Origin: a plasmid
Reading direction: 5' to 3' (one strand)
DNA length: 64,000 nucleotides
Sequence record: NZ_CP064874.1
How positions within the stretch are numbered: position 1 is the first letter of the stretch; every line of letters starts with the position of its first letter. A program made the position numbers and the translations under genes. Of this stretch, positions 28,501 to 37,655 are shown piece by piece. The notes under the pieces are model-generated. The model made no database searches and had not been told where the DNA came from. It saw only the letters and a program-made list of their open reading frames with translations.

Positions 28501-30598
28501 CCGTGAATCTCCTCGTGATCTTGCGTACGTCTTTGAGTTCGGCCTCGAGCTGCTCGCGATTGTGCGACGCCATGCTGCGGTCGCGGAGCTTTGCCACCAG
28601 ATCGCGCTCTTCGGCGACCCACACGGGCGCGTGTTCATCGGTCACGACCGAATTGCCGCAGGTGGTCGGCTTGCACCGGTTGGGGATCACACCGCTTGCG
28701 GCAGCCTCGGCAGACAGACCTTTGAGGCAGGCCGCCTGTTCCGGATCGCCGAGGCAGTGGTTGATCGTTCCCCACCGCAGCGTGCTGAAGCGGTCACGCA
28801 GCAGAGTGCGCAGGGTCCGCTCATCTCCGACCTTCACTGCGATGTCGACCTCGGCGGTGGCGTTCACGAGCTCGTCTCGGAAGCGTTGTGCGCCTGCGCC
28901 GGCGAGCTTGATGTCGTCGACAGAGTCGGACGACCACATGCCGACGAGGCGTGAGGCGACGGCCTCCTGCAGTTCGTGCTCGAACTCGGCGGCCCACTCG
29001 GGCGTTTCGCTCGCATACCCAGACGTTGTGCCGTTCGCTACGGCCCGACGCGCTGCGTGCTTCAGCTGGATACCGAGCGCGACTTCGCCATCCGGTTGTT
29101 GGGCAGTGATGACGGCCATCGTGCGTCGAAACATGTGCGGGGCGAGATGGAAGTGTGGGATCGGCTCGAAGCCGGCCTCTCGCCCAATGTCGTTGAGCTG
29201 GGGTATGAGCTTCTTCAACTCGTCGTGCCGGTCGAAGGTCACCAGTTGGCCTTCGCTCTTCTGGCTGCGTCGACTCGATCCGAAGACGGCTTCGCCCACC
29301 GCGAGCCGCTCGGCGACGCTGATCGCCTGTGCTACCGGCTCGATGATCCACCAGTTGCGGCGATGCGTTCCGCGCTTGCCTTTCCGTAACTGGGATGCGA
29401 CCGCGGGCGCACCGTAGAAGGTCGTGAGCGCTCCCTTCTTGATGCTCAGCAGCTCGGAGTCGCGCATCATCGAAAGTGCCGCACAGAAGACGTAGCACGC
29501 GTTGCGAAGAACCTTGAGTTGAACTCGAATCGTGGCCGGATCGAAGCCATCGATCCAAGGGCCGGTGGAGCCGTCGGCCTTCCGCACGTCCGTGATCTTC
29601 GAGCGCAGGCCACCGCGCGCAGTGGAGATCTCGCCGGCGTCGATGGCTCTGGCGATTCGTTCGCGTCGGCGCCGCACCTCACTCCGTGATGTCTCGGCGA
29701 ATAGGTGTTTGCTGTGGCCATCGGAAACGAGCAGCGATAGGAGAGTCCAGTGGATCTCACCTTCCGTGAAGCGGCCGGCGGACATGCGATGGAGGGGAAC
29801 AGTCGACCCGGCGGCGACGAGCCAGGTCTCGATTGCGTCGTCGGGATCGCGGACAGCACGGCGTTCCTCGGGTGGACGCTCGAGAGTCGACCATTTGTCG
29901 GCGGCCGCGAAGATGTCGTGCGAGAAGACATCGATGTACTGCCAGCAGGCGCGAAGTAGCGGCCACCAGACGTGAGGTGGGATGACGGGCGTGCTCAGCT
30001 CCTCGCTGAACTTCTGCCCGCTCAGCGCGATCGTGGTCGCCTCACCCCACGGGCGGAACGGGATCCCTCCACCTGTGATGACCCGGTCGTACTGGTGGAG
30101 CGCACGGACGGACTCAATCGCTGCGCGCGTGGAGGACGGGGGAATGCTCGGCTTGATGTCACCAAGGAAGCAGTCGAGATCCGCTTGGTGGAGCTCATTC
30201 AGGGGGACACTGTCGAGGTGCTCGGCATGCCAGGACGCGAATCTCTTGAGTCCGTCGAGTCTTGTGCGGATCGTCTTGGTCTGCGCGGGCGCGGCGGTCA
30301 GGTAGAGGCTCTGATCACGAAGGACCTGGTGTCCCGGATTGAGCATGGCCATCGCGATCTCGCGGGCGCGAAGATTCCAGTCTCCGGTGAACGCGCCGAA
30401 GAGCAGCACCGCTGAGTGGCGCCCCGCCGCGGGGTTCCAACCGAGTGCGCGCAAGTCCCAGCGGGAGTCGTCACCGAACGAAGAGACGGGGTACGACTCC
30501 TCTCGATAGTGATGAGGGAGCACAGATTGCTGGGCGCGCCAGTAGGTGCTGGCGGGGGCGAGTCTCGAGGCATGGCGTGCGGCAGAATCAAGACTCAC
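28493..30598 (-). CDS. tyrosine recombinase, third of the trio (RitC-like; compare Tn554 TnpB-like large recombinases)
   Basis: 701 aa. Putative catalytic boxes …HFHLAPHMFRRTMAV… and …LKHAARRAVANGTTSGYAS…. Overlaps the upstream gene by 4 bp. Confidence 0.65.
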   Translation of the reverse strand: MSLDSAARHASRLAPASTYWRAQQSVLPHHYREESYPVSSFGDDSRWDLRALGWNPAAGRHSAVLLFGAFTGDWNLRAREIAMAMLNPGHQVLRDQSLYLTAAPAQTKTIRTRLDGLKRFASWHAEHLDSVPLNELHQADLDCFLGDIKPSIPPSSTRAAIESVRALHQYDRVITGGGIPFRPWGEATTIALSGQKFSEELSTPVIPPHVWWPLLRACWQYIDVFSHDIFAAADKWSTLERPPEERRAVRDPDDAIETWLVAAGSTVPLHRMSAGRFTEGEIHWTLLSLLVSDGHSKHLFAETSRSEVRRRRERIARAIDAGEISTARGGLRSKITDVRKADGSTGPWIDGFDPATIRVQLKVLRNACYVFCAALSMMRDSELLSIKKGALTTFYGAPAVASQLRKGKRGTHRRNWWIIEPVAQAISVAERLAVGEAVFGSSRRSQKSEGQLVTFDRHDELKKLIPQLNDIGREAGFEPIPHFHLAPHMFRRTMAVITAQQPDGEVALGIQLKHAARRAVANGTTSGYASETPEWAAEFEHELQEAVASRLVGMWSSDSVDDIKLAGAGAQRFRDELVNATAEVDIAVKVGDERTLRTLLRDRFSTLRWGTINHCLGDPEQAACLKGLSAEAAASGVIPNRCKPTTCGNSVVTDEHAPVWVAEERDLVAKLRDRSMASHNREQLEAELKDVRKITRRFTDA

Positions 30599-32415
30599 AG
30601 GTGGACTCCTCGCTGAGCGATGGGGACGTGGACGACTGCGTCGAGATCGTGGGAGCGTTGGGCTCGCTCTCGCTCCGCCGGAGTGAACTCATCCAGGATG
30701 CGCTCGATGTTCCTGAGCTGCTGTCCATGGGTTGCCGCGAACTGGGCGGGCTCCATCTCGTTCTGGTGTCCGCGAAGGATCTCGCGATAGGCGAGGATTC
30801 GAGGCAGGTGGTCGGTGAACACGATCGCGTTGGGGCACGCGAAGCACATCGATGGCCGATGCTCGCATAGACGCCCGCTTCGGCCGTAGGGAGAGTCGTA
30901 CGGTGAGCTGCAGTGCGCGACGTTCATGGCTCGATCCGTCGACGTCGACTCCAACTCGGCTACCGCAGCCACCGCAAGCTCGGGTCGCTCACCAGCCCGG
31001 ATCGACGCAGCACTGGCCTTCACGAACACTGGGCCGCTGACACGGTCGAAGACCTGCTGTTGAGCTGCGTTGACCGCTGCGCCGGCCAGCACGTGAACTG
31101 TCGTCGTCTGCGCGTAGTGGCGCTGGTAGACGGCGATGCTGTGGTCATCGCCTGCCGCAATGTCGGCGCTTCGGAGCACCGCCGCTCGCACACTCTTGAC
31201 TGTCTTTCGCAGTCGGCGCGCGTCGTGAGGTCTGGAGATGGCAGGTGTGATCGACGTCAGAAGGGACGAGAACGAATTCGAGAACGAATCTGGGCGTACC
31301 TCAAGGCGTCTTGACGAAGTTCGGAACACGCTCAAGAACAGGGCGTCATGCACCGGCGACGGGCTGGCTTCCCTCAGTTCCCTCGCCCTGGAAGTCGCAG
31401 CGAGAACCCGCTCGATGAGATCGCCCGACTTCCATCCGCTGCCGCTGGCAGATCCGGACGTGGCGCAGCGTACGATCCGGCTGCGGTGGGCGCGGGCCTT
31501 GTACAGACGGACGCGTAGCGTGTCGGGGTCTGAGATGTCGATGTCGCTCAGCGAGACGTTCGACCACTCCTCGGGAGCGGCGCCCGTCTCGAGCTGCAGC
31601 AGCGTCCTGAACGCGACCAGGTCGTCGCTCGAGGGATAGAGATATGACAGCAATCGCCTGACAACCCGGCCGGAGCCTCCATACGTCGTCGCGTGTTCGG
31701 TTTCGAACGCCTCGTGCAGGTCGTTGAGGACGCCTCGGTCGCACGCCAGCATGGCCTCGCGCTCCACCATGATGCCGTCCGTCCGTCCCAGGTGGTGGAT
31801 GCCCCAGAGGATATCTTCCGCGCGTGACCACCCGTCACCGCGAGGATCGCGCCCGACCTCGAGCAGTTGATGTCCGATCGAGAGTCGCTCCTCCAGCTCT
31901 CGGATGCGGCTGCGGCAGGTATCACGAATCGCAAGACGCTCGGCATTCGAGAACTCGTCGAGAGGCGTCGCGCCGCCGCCCTGATGCAAGACCTGCCCGT
32001 CGGCCCACCGCTCGACGTCGAGGCCGACGTCTCGACCGTTCGCGATGTGGACTCGGACCAACCTTCGAAGCTGTCGACCGTACTTGTACGGCATGGTGCT
32101 CTCGGCGGGGTACGCGGCAGCCAGCCCCGACTCCCACTCATGGATCCCGTCGACCACGACGCGATCGGCCCATGCGAGGCTTGCGGTTCGCGGGCACGCA
32201 TTGGTGAGACTGCGAAGGAGACTGATGACCGCAACACGGTACTGATATGCCGTGCCGTCAGCCAGCGCGAACGTGCGTCTCATGTCGACGAGTGCGTCCG
32301 AGAGCTCAGCGGCCAGGATCGGGTGCGCGAAGTCCAGCGGTCTGATCGTGCCGTCGTTGCTCCCGCCCGCGATCGTGAACGTCATCCGACGAGGGGAGAG
32401 GTCGTGGCCGGTCAT
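30595..32415 (-). CDS. tyrosine recombinase, second of the trio (RitB-like)
   Basis: 606 aa. …RPHDARRLRKTVKS… and …HSIAVYQRHYAQ…. Overlaps both neighbours by 4 bp. Confidence 0.65.
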   Translation of the reverse strand: MTGHDLSPRRMTFTIAGGSNDGTIRPLDFAHPILAAELSDALVDMRRTFALADGTAYQYRVAVISLLRSLTNACPRTASLAWADRVVVDGIHEWESGLAAAYPAESTMPYKYGRQLRRLVRVHIANGRDVGLDVERWADGQVLHQGGGATPLDEFSNAERLAIRDTCRSRIRELEERLSIGHQLLEVGRDPRGDGWSRAEDILWGIHHLGRTDGIMVEREAMLACDRGVLNDLHEAFETEHATTYGGSGRVVRRLLSYLYPSSDDLVAFRTLLQLETGAAPEEWSNVSLSDIDISDPDTLRVRLYKARAHRSRIVRCATSGSASGSGWKSGDLIERVLAATSRARELREASPSPVHDALFLSVFRTSSRRLEVRPDSFSNSFSSLLTSITPAISRPHDARRLRKTVKSVRAAVLRSADIAAGDDHSIAVYQRHYAQTTTVHVLAGAAVNAAQQQVFDRVSGPVFVKASAASIRAGERPELAVAAVAELESTSTDRAMNVAHCSSPYDSPYGRSGRLCEHRPSMCFACPNAIVFTDHLPRILAYREILRGHQNEMEPAQFAATHGQQLRNIERILDEFTPAERERAQRSHDLDAVVHVPIAQRGVHL

Positions 32416-33824
32416 TCTGCCTTCCGATCCGCGAGGACGGCGTCGGCGAAGGTCGCGGCCTCGTCGCTCCAGCTCTCGAACACGTCCTGGATGAGTGCGT
32501 CTGTGTCCTCGATGTATCGCAGGTAGATCATGGTCGTGGCAGGGTTCGAATGGCCAAGAAGTCGCTGCACAGTCAGTCTCGGGTTGATCGCTATGTGCTC
32601 GGACAGAGTGGCCGGTCCGAGGTTGCCAGCGCGGCGGTCGGCCTCACGGGCGAGCGCGACATCGGTGAGTGCCTTGAGGAGCACGACGGCGAAGGTGTGA
32701 CGCAGATCATGCGGTGTGATTTGCGCTCGGCGCCCTCCCATCTCAACTTCAGCGAGCTCAAGGGTGCGACGACTCGCCGCGGCAAACGTGGCATGCCAGG
32801 CTCGTCGACTTATCGGTAGCCCCCCTCGGCCCAGGAACAATCCCAGCGCCTCGAGCCCGTGATCGCGTTCGATCACCGCGATTCGGCGCAGGTGCGGCGG
32901 GAGGAGATGTAGTGGCCATCTCGACCGGCGCCCGTCGAGCCGCCCACGGATGACGCCGGCAGAGACGTCGAGCTCGTCGACGACAAACAGATCGGCTCGA
33001 CGCGACCATAGTGAGTTGGCAGATGCGCGAACGACGGCACGGCGCTCCGTTCGGCGATAGAGGTCGACGGCGCGCAGTGCGGTGAGCGGAACATGGACAC
33101 GGCGCCGCTTCTGGTACTTGGCGCATGCTTCGAGGAGTACGGAGGCACCCGTGCCGGCGGGTGCGGGCAGCTCGGCATCCAGCAACGTCGAAAACTCGCC
33201 GAGTCGCATCCCTGTCGTCACGGCGACCTGCGCGCCAGCCTGGGAACGCAAGCTCGTTCTTCCCCGCCAACTCGCATCCAGCTCGCCGAGTGCGGTTTGC
33301 CCACCGAGGCCGATGTCGCGGAATGCGCGCCACTGCGCCTGACTCAACGGGCGTATGTCTGGCTCACTCCGCCACGGGTTGCGAAGCGCTGACGATCTCC
33401 CGATGGTGATCCACGGCTCACGACGAACCTGCCCGGTCTGCACGAGAAGCTGGTAGATCCCGTGAACGACGACGACGTCGCGTCGCCAGGTTGCCGGCGA
33501 GACTGCGCGATCCCCACCGCCGAGCCGCCACTCTCGGTACGCGACGATATCGTCGGCCGACGCGTGCACCACGTCAGTCCCACGATCTTCGAGGAATCCA
33601 GCGAAGCGAAGCGCGTCGTACGCGTAGTTGCGCACTGTCGACGTTGACGTCGAACCCGCAATGACCCGGAAGTAGGTCTGCCAGGGCTCAACCGGTCGCC
33701 ATCGATCGTCGAGCAGCACGGGCAGTCCGTCGGGAAGCGAACGTGAGCTCGCGTAGACGTCGCGCGTGTCTTCGTCGACGTCAGTGGGCACGGCGAGTTG
33801 GTGGTTGATGAAACGCAGATGCAT
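32412..33824 (-). CDS. tyrosine recombinase/integrase, first of the trio (RitA-like)
   Basis: Clear integrase C-terminus: …ITPHDLRHTFAVVLL… and …LLGHSNPATTMIYLRYI…. The start is taken at MHLRFINHQ (33824), which is preceded by GGAGAG and lies inside the terminal IR. The ORF-track start at 33899 would lie outside the insertion. Confidence 0.8.
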   Translation of the reverse strand: MHLRFINHQLAVPTDVDEDTRDVYASSRSLPDGLPVLLDDRWRPVEPWQTYFRVIAGSTSTSTVRNYAYDALRFAGFLEDRGTDVVHASADDIVAYREWRLGGGDRAVSPATWRRDVVVVHGIYQLLVQTGQVRREPWITIGRSSALRNPWRSEPDIRPLSQAQWRAFRDIGLGGQTALGELDASWRGRTSLRSQAGAQVAVTTGMRLGEFSTLLDAELPAPAGTGASVLLEACAKYQKRRRVHVPLTALRAVDLYRRTERRAVVRASANSLWSRRADLFVVDELDVSAGVIRGRLDGRRSRWPLHLLPPHLRRIAVIERDHGLEALGLFLGRGGLPISRRAWHATFAAASRRTLELAEVEMGGRRAQITPHDLRHTFAVVLLKALTDVALAREADRRAGNLGPATLSEHIAINPRLTVQRLLGHSNPATTMIYLRYIEDTDALIQDVFESWSDEAATFADAVLADRKAE

Positions 33825-33847
33825 CGCTCTCCGAGGTTGTTCGGGTG

Positions 33848-33880
33848 GTCGATTGAGACACTGACCGAACGTACACATAA
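33848..33880. repeat. right terminal inverted repeat of the 31-kb insertion
   Basis: See 2543..2575. It overlaps the ritA-like start region. Confidence 0.45.
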
Positions 33881-33885
33881 CGGCG

Positions 33886-35592
33886 TGCGGCTGTGGCAAC
33901 TTCCTGGTGGTCGGCTACCGACAGATGCGAGCCCTCGATCTTGAGGTTCTGCTGCGGATCCAAGAGCTGTCCGGTGAGACGGCCCGCACAATGTTCTTCA
34001 CCGAGGAGCACCTCGCCGTGCGGCTGTCGAGCTTCCACGGGATCGAGCTCGAGGAATGGCCCGCGCAGATCGCAGCGACGGCGCTGCACCTGGTGGAACA
34101 CCAGGCAAACCAGGCGATGGAGCTGGCGCTTGGATCTGCACCAGATCCGCTGCCGCTGGACAAGATCAAGAGCATCGTCGTCGGCAACGCGCTGCGTGTC
34201 GACTGGGCAGCTGTCCTACAACCGACTGAGCACCTGTACATCATGGGCAATCCGCCCTTCCTCGGCCACGCCACCCGCTCGACCGAGCAAGCGCAGGAAC
34301 TTCGCGACGTGTGGCGGAGGGACGACATCGGTCGGCTGGACTATGTCACCGGCTGGTACGCGAAGGCTCTCGAGCTGCTCGGCCGTCCCGGCTACCGAGG
34401 CGAGTTCGCGTTCGTCTCGACAAACTCGATCGCACAGGGAGAGCCGGTGCCAGCGCTCTTCGGCCCTGTGTTTGCCGCAGGGTGGCGCGTCAAGTTCGCG
34501 CACCGGACGTTCGCGTGGACCAGTGAAGCGCCCGGCGCTGCGGCAGTGCATTGCTCGGTGATCGGTTTTGACCGGCCGTCGAGGAAGAGAGCGCGGCTGT
34601 TCGACTACTCAGGAAACCTCAAGGGCGAGCCCGTCGAGATCCCCGTCGTGGATCAGCTCAACGGATACCTGGTCGACGGTCCCATTGTGCTAATCGATCA
34701 GCGGCGAAGCCCGCTGGCGTCGGCTCTCCCTCCGATGGTGTTCGGGAACATGGCTCGCGACGACGGCAATCTCCTGATCGAGCCGGCCGACTATGCGGAA
34801 GTGATGGCAGATCCGATCGCCGCGAAGTACGTCCGGCCGTTTGTCGGCGCCCGACAGCTCATCCACAACGAACCCCGGTGGTGCCTGTGGCTCGTGGATC
34901 TTGACCCCAGCGACATCGCCCGATCCCCGATACTCCGCGGGCGGCTGGATGCCGTGCGTCAGTTCCGCGCAGCGTCGAAGGCCGAGTCCACGCGACAGAT
35001 GGCGGACACGCCGCACCTGTTCGGTCAAAGGTCGCAACCCGACACGCCCTATGTCTGTGTGCCGCGGCATGTGAGCGAGACACGCAAGTTCTTCCCGACC
35101 GCCCTGTTCACCCCTGATGTGATCTGCGGTGACGCGAACTTCAAGGCAGACGACCCAGACGGCCTCGCCTTCGCAGTGATCTCGTCGTCGGCATTCATCA
35201 CCTGGCAGCGCACTATCGGCGGTCGCCTTGAGTCTCGTCTGCGCTTCTCGAGCACCCTGACGTGGAACACTTTCCCCTTGCCCGCCCTCACCGACACGCA
35301 GCGTGCCGCCATCATCGCCGGGGGGCAAGCCGTTCTGGATGCGAGAGCGCTACGCCCAGAACGCTCGCTCGCAGACCACTACAACCCCCTCGCGATGTCG
35401 CCCGAACTGCTCCGGGCGCATCGTGAGCTCGACACTGCTGTCGACAAGGCCCTGGGCCTGCGGGGGATAGCGACGGAGGCTGACCGACTGCGAGCGCTGT
35501 TCGCCAGCTATGCGAAGCTCACCACGGTCGACGAGCTCGCGATGCCGAAGAAACGTCCCCGCAAGGCGACAGCAGCGAGTGCGGCATCGTGA
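33886..35592 (+). pseudogene. MmeI-family type IIG RM enzyme, C-terminal fragment (rest of MTase motif I, NPPF motif IV, target-recognition domain)
   Basis: Frame reads CGCGNFLVVGYRQMRALDLEVLLRI…EEWPAQIAATAL…YIMGNPPFLGH…AHRTFAWTSEAPGAAAVHCSVIGF…SLADHYNPLAMSPELLRAHRELDTAVDKALG, colinear with the MmeI C-terminal 560 aa. It has no start codon of its own. Confidence 0.85.
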
Positions 35593-35924
35593 GCTGGCCG
35601 TACCCGACCGTCCGCGTCGATGGGACCGCGACGGTCGATGAGGAAGGGGAGAATCAGGTCTGCGCCTGTGGCAATGATTCGTGGACTCAGGACTGGCGGA
35701 GCGCCGATCGTCTTGGGCGTCTTGCCTTCGATGCTGCTGGTTCGGCCGACCCCGACGAGTTCGCGGTCTGCCCAGTGTGCGGCCGTGTGTATCCCAACGC
35801 TGCTCTGTTCCACGGCGCCGCGGCCGCGGTGGCTCGCTATGAGATCACTAGTGCCGAGTTCATTGCTGCGCTACAGCGGTATGACCACGACGCCTACGGA
35901 TCCGGCGGGTCGCTGACGAGCTGA
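35589..35924 (+). CDS. hypothetical zinc-ribbon protein
   Basis: CxCG…CPVCG motifs. Its start overlaps the MmeI stop by 4 bp. Confidence 0.5.
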   Translation: MSWPYPTVRVDGTATVDEEGENQVCACGNDSWTQDWRSADRLGRLAFDAAGSADPDEFAVCPVCGRVYPNAALFHGAAAAVARYEITSAEFIAALQRYDHDAYGSGGSLTS

Positions 35925-35969
35925 GTCACGCGGTCGTCGTCGGCACGGGGCTGTCGGTGCGCCGGCATA

Positions 35970-36251
35970 GTGTTCGCTGTTGTGGTGCAGCACTGGTCTC
36001 CGATGTCTCAGCTGCAGGCGTCGCCGGAGCCGGGGATCTGGTACGTGTTCGACCACAGCAAGAGGATCGCGATCATCCGCCATGTCGAGATCCGCGGCCG
36101 TAGGCTGCTGCGTTCCGTGACGTTCGATCGCGATCCCGAGCGGCGAGTGTTGATCGGCTACTTCCCCGACGATGCAATGAGGCTCGCTGTCGAGTGCACC
36201 TGGTCGGAGTATGTGAGGGCGACTGGTCCACCGGTGAGCAATCGTCGATGA
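35970..36251 (+). CDS. hypothetical protein
   Basis: 93-aa ORF with acceptable GC3. Confidence 0.3.
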   Translation: MFAVVVQHWSPMSQLQASPEPGIWYVFDHSKRIAIIRHVEIRGRRLLRSVTFDRDPERRVLIGYFPDDAMRLAVECTWSEYVRATGPPVSNRR

Positions 36252-36409
36252 TCGCGTGCCACCGGGGCAAGAGAAAACGGCACCCGGCCGGAGCGTGGAA
36301 ATTGTCACATTCACCAACGATCCAACTGAGGAGGAGCCATCGCCCCGAGGGGCGGAAGGGAACCTGCTCAACAGCCGGGTGCCGCGCCTTAGTGTACCGC
36401 GCGGGGCGG

Positions 36410-36685
36410 TCAGAGCGGGGTGGATTGGAGGAGCTCGTCAGCGACTCGGTCGAGCAGCTGAGGGGTGAGCTGCTCGTGGCGTCCTGCGCGCTTTATGGCG
36501 TCGATCGTCGCGAGGATCGTGGTGTGCGCGTCCGGTGCAGAGGGGATGGTCTTCTGTGCCTGTCGGATGCGTGCGCTGAGCTCAAGGATCGCGGTCTCGT
36601 CGCGTTCATTGTTCGCGTAGCCGGCGGCGAGCTCGAGCGACTTGTGTAGCAGGCGGGTCTCGGTGGTGGTGAGCGGTGCGGTCAT
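36410..36685 (-). CDS. hypothetical protein
   Basis: 91 aa. 4-bp overlap with the upstream gene. Confidence 0.4.
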   Translation of the reverse strand: MTAPLTTTETRLLHKSLELAAGYANNERDETAILELSARIRQAQKTIPSAPDAHTTILATIDAIKRAGRHEQLTPQLLDRVADELLQSTPL

Positions 36686-36966
36686 CGTGTCCTCGTGTTC
36701 AGGAGATCTGCGGTCAGTCGGGCGAAGCGTGTGTCGACGTCGCGCTGGTCGGGGAGATCGACGTCGGCCGCGATGGGTCGGGCGTCGTAGAAGTGGTGCC
36801 GGATGACGCGGCCCCGGTGGTCGACCAGGCCCTCACCCTCGCCCTCGATCGGCTCGAGCAGAGCGACGATGGTGACGGCGAGCTCGCGTGCTGTCGCGCG
36901 CTCCCGGATGAGGGCATGATCTCCGAGGCGCAGTGCCGGCCACGCAGTGAGCTCGGGGTCGGTCAT
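36682..36966 (-). CDS. hypothetical protein
   Basis: 94 aa. 4-bp overlaps on both sides. Confidence 0.4.
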   Translation of the reverse strand: MTDPELTAWPALRLGDHALIRERATARELAVTIVALLEPIEGEGEGLVDHRGRVIRHHFYDARPIAADVDLPDQRDVDTRFARLTADLLNTRTR

Positions 36967-37208
36967 GAGGGTGTTCCTTCCTTGCTTCTGGGGGAGGAGC
37001 GGCGTAGCCGCCGAGCGGATTTGGGGAGGGGTTCGTTGCGAGGCAGCTTCGCGAGGCGCCAGTCATCGCGGACGGCGATCGCGGCGGCGAAACAGGTCAT
37101 GAGCGTGGGGTGGTGGTGGTTGGCGCATCCGGCGCGGGTCTGACATCCGAGGTCGTAGCCCTCGGGGCTGCCGTGGATGATCTGTCGAGCGACCTCGTCG
37201 GAAAGCAT
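36963..37208 (-). CDS. hypothetical protein
   Basis: 81 aa, Cys/His-rich. Confidence 0.35.
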   Translation of the reverse strand: MLSDEVARQIIHGSPEGYDLGCQTRAGCANHHHPTLMTCFAAAIAVRDDWRLAKLPRNEPLPKSARRLRRSSPRSKEGTPS

Positions 37209-37218
37209 GGCCTGGTCC

Positions 37219-37629
37219 TCAGTCGAAGCTGGCGTCGATCAGGAGGTCGAGCGCGTCGGCGAGCTCACGGAGCCTGTAGCTGCGTCGACCGGCGATGACG
37301 TGGCCGAACAGGTTGACGAAGTGCAGCTCGCGAGTGGTGGTGTCGGCGACGGCGACGGTATGGACGTCGTGAGCGTCGATGTACTGCCAGCTGATGATGT
37401 AGTTGCGGCCGGCGACGTGCGCTTGAGCCCAGCGGAAAAGCAGTGCACCGAGCGGACCATCTTCGGATGCGCGGGTCGAGTAGGGGTCGGCTGGCACGAT
37501 CGCGTCGACGGAATGGAAGCCGACAGAGGAGCGGGAGATCTCGTAGCTGTCCAGCGGGATGTCGAGGAAGAGATCGTTGTAACGGGTGCCGGTGTCATCG
37601 GTGATGACGATGTTGTTCAGAGTGCTCAT
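37219..37629 (-). CDS. hypothetical protein
   Basis: Start taken at MSTLNNIVITDDTG (37629). Confidence 0.45.
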   Translation of the reverse strand: MSTLNNIVITDDTGTRYNDLFLDIPLDSYEISRSSVGFHSVDAIVPADPYSTRASEDGPLGALLFRWAQAHVAGRNYIISWQYIDAHDVHTVAVADTTTRELHFVNLFGHVIAGRRSYRLRELADALDLLIDASFD

Positions 37630-37655
37630 CGTTGTCAGTCCTCTCGGGTGGGGGG

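Larger units (their letters stand above)
2542..33885. mobile_element. about 31.3-kb composite insertion interrupting the MmeI-family gene; terminal imperfect IRs; tyrosine-recombinase trio at the right end
   Basis: The two MmeI halves reconstitute ...RFLDPA|CGCGNFLV... when 2542..33885 is removed. The ends are TTATGCGCAAGTCGGGTGTCTCACGAGAC (left) and, reverse-complemented, TTATGTGTACGTTCGGTCAGTGTCTCAATCGAC (right). GCG/CGT is shared at the junctions (possible short TSD). Confidence 0.7.

Noticed and set aside
2542-33885. Prophage as the nature of the 31-kb insertion
   Set aside because: It has no capsid, tail, terminase or portal genes. Its content is IS elements, a defence operon, a transporter and recombinases.
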